Source: Streptococcus sp.
Lineage (GTDB): Bacteria; Bacillota; Bacilli; Lactobacillales; Streptococcaceae
DNA length: 64,000 bases
Assembly (NCBI RefSeq): GCF_032481935.1
Contig: NZ_JAWERU010000002.1
Coordinates: 6,592 to 70,591, forward strand
Direction of reading: 5' to 3'
The position numbers and the translations under genes are program-made. Below are positions 63,576-64,000 of the stretch, in pieces. The notes beneath the pieces were generated by a model that was given only the letters and a program-made list of their open reading frames with translations, did not search any database and had not been told where the DNA came from. Each line of letters opens with the position of its first letter. The stretch's first letter is position 1.

Positions 63576-64000
63576 ATGGAATTAACAGCCATTTATCATA
63601 GACCAGAATCAGAGTATGCTTATCTTTATAAGGAAGGTCAGCTACATATTCGAATTAGAACCAAGAAAAATGATGTCCAGCAGGTCATTCTACACTATGG
63701 TGATCCCTTTATTTTTATTGAGGATAAGTATGAAGCTAAGAATGAAATGACCAAAGTAACCTCAGACGCCTTGTTTGATTATTGGCAGGTTACAGTATCG
63801 GTTGATTTTGCACGGATTCAGTATCTCTTTGAACTTCTTGATAAGGAAGGTCAGGGAGTCTTCTACGGAGATAAGGGTTGTGTAGAACATACTCAAGAAA
63901 ACTTGGATGCTGAAGGAAATGGCTTTAAACTTCCTTACATTCACGAAATCGATGGTTGCCAAGTTCCAAGCTGGGTTTCAAATACCGTTTGGTACCAGAT
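63576..64000 (+). CDS. GH13 neopullulanase/cyclomaltodextrinase-type alpha-glycosidase, N-terminal part (continues beyond window)
   Basis: Frame is open from ATG 63576 (AGGAG 6 nt upstream) to the window end. The N-terminus MELTAIYHRPESEYAYLYKEGQLHIRIRTKKND resembles the N-domain of maltogenic amylase/neopullulanase enzymes. Absent from the ORF track because there is no stop in the window. Confidence 0.6.
   Translation, partial: MELTAIYHRPESEYAYLYKEGQLHIRIRTKKNDVQQVILHYGDPFIFIEDKYEAKNEMTKVTSDALFDYWQVTVSVDFARIQYLFELLDKEGQGVFYGDKGCVEHTQENLDAEGNGFKLPYIHEIDGCQVPSWVSNTVWYQ

Noticed and set aside
1-64000. Search for CRISPR arrays, tRNA/rRNA genes, IS elements/transposases, integrases, prophage genes and known defence systems (RM, Abi, TA pairs)
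   Set aside because: None of these appear. There are no regularly spaced short repeats, no cloverleaf-like or rRNA sequences, and no transposase or integrase motifs in any frame of the ORF track. The only repeats are BOX elements and the in-frame protein repeats.

Overview
64-kb chromosomal segment of a Mitis-group Streptococcus. Evidence: six BOX repeat elements, a choline-binding-repeat protein, M26 Zmp metalloproteases and pneumococcus-like gene blocks. Species cannot be assigned by eye. I find about 50 protein genes and no rRNA, tRNA, CRISPR, IS element or prophage. Most content is housekeeping: rsmB-phpP-stkP, a thrE-like pair, mevalonate genes mvaS-mvaA, and the sucrose regulon (scrR-scrB, scrA, scrK). 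Also a Mn/Ca export set (CDF exporter, yybP-ykoY-type riboswitch, P-type ATPase), a short def paralogue, yaaA, hom-thrB and cytoplasmic msrAB. Further genes: a heterodimeric ABC exporter, an amidohydrolase, a MOP flippase, mecA, a pabB fusion, glk, thyA, miaA-hflX, rnz and an SDR. Three regions are accessory or unusual. (i) An AT-rich three-gene glycan-modification module lies between the CDF gene and the riboswitch. (ii) Two giant M26 zinc-metalloprotease paralogues, each with its own tandem-repeat array, bracket an extracellular Etrx-MsrAB2 methionine-sulfoxide repair pair. (iii) Most interesting is a toxin-less six-gene cluster (58.8-63.4 kb) of cytoplasmic SUKH (SMI1/KNR4), ankyrin-repeat and unclassifiable proteins. 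It looks like an orphan poly-immunity island against polymorphic (LXG/T7SS-type) toxins. All functional calls rest on motifs read by eye and recalled family knowledge; no searches were run.
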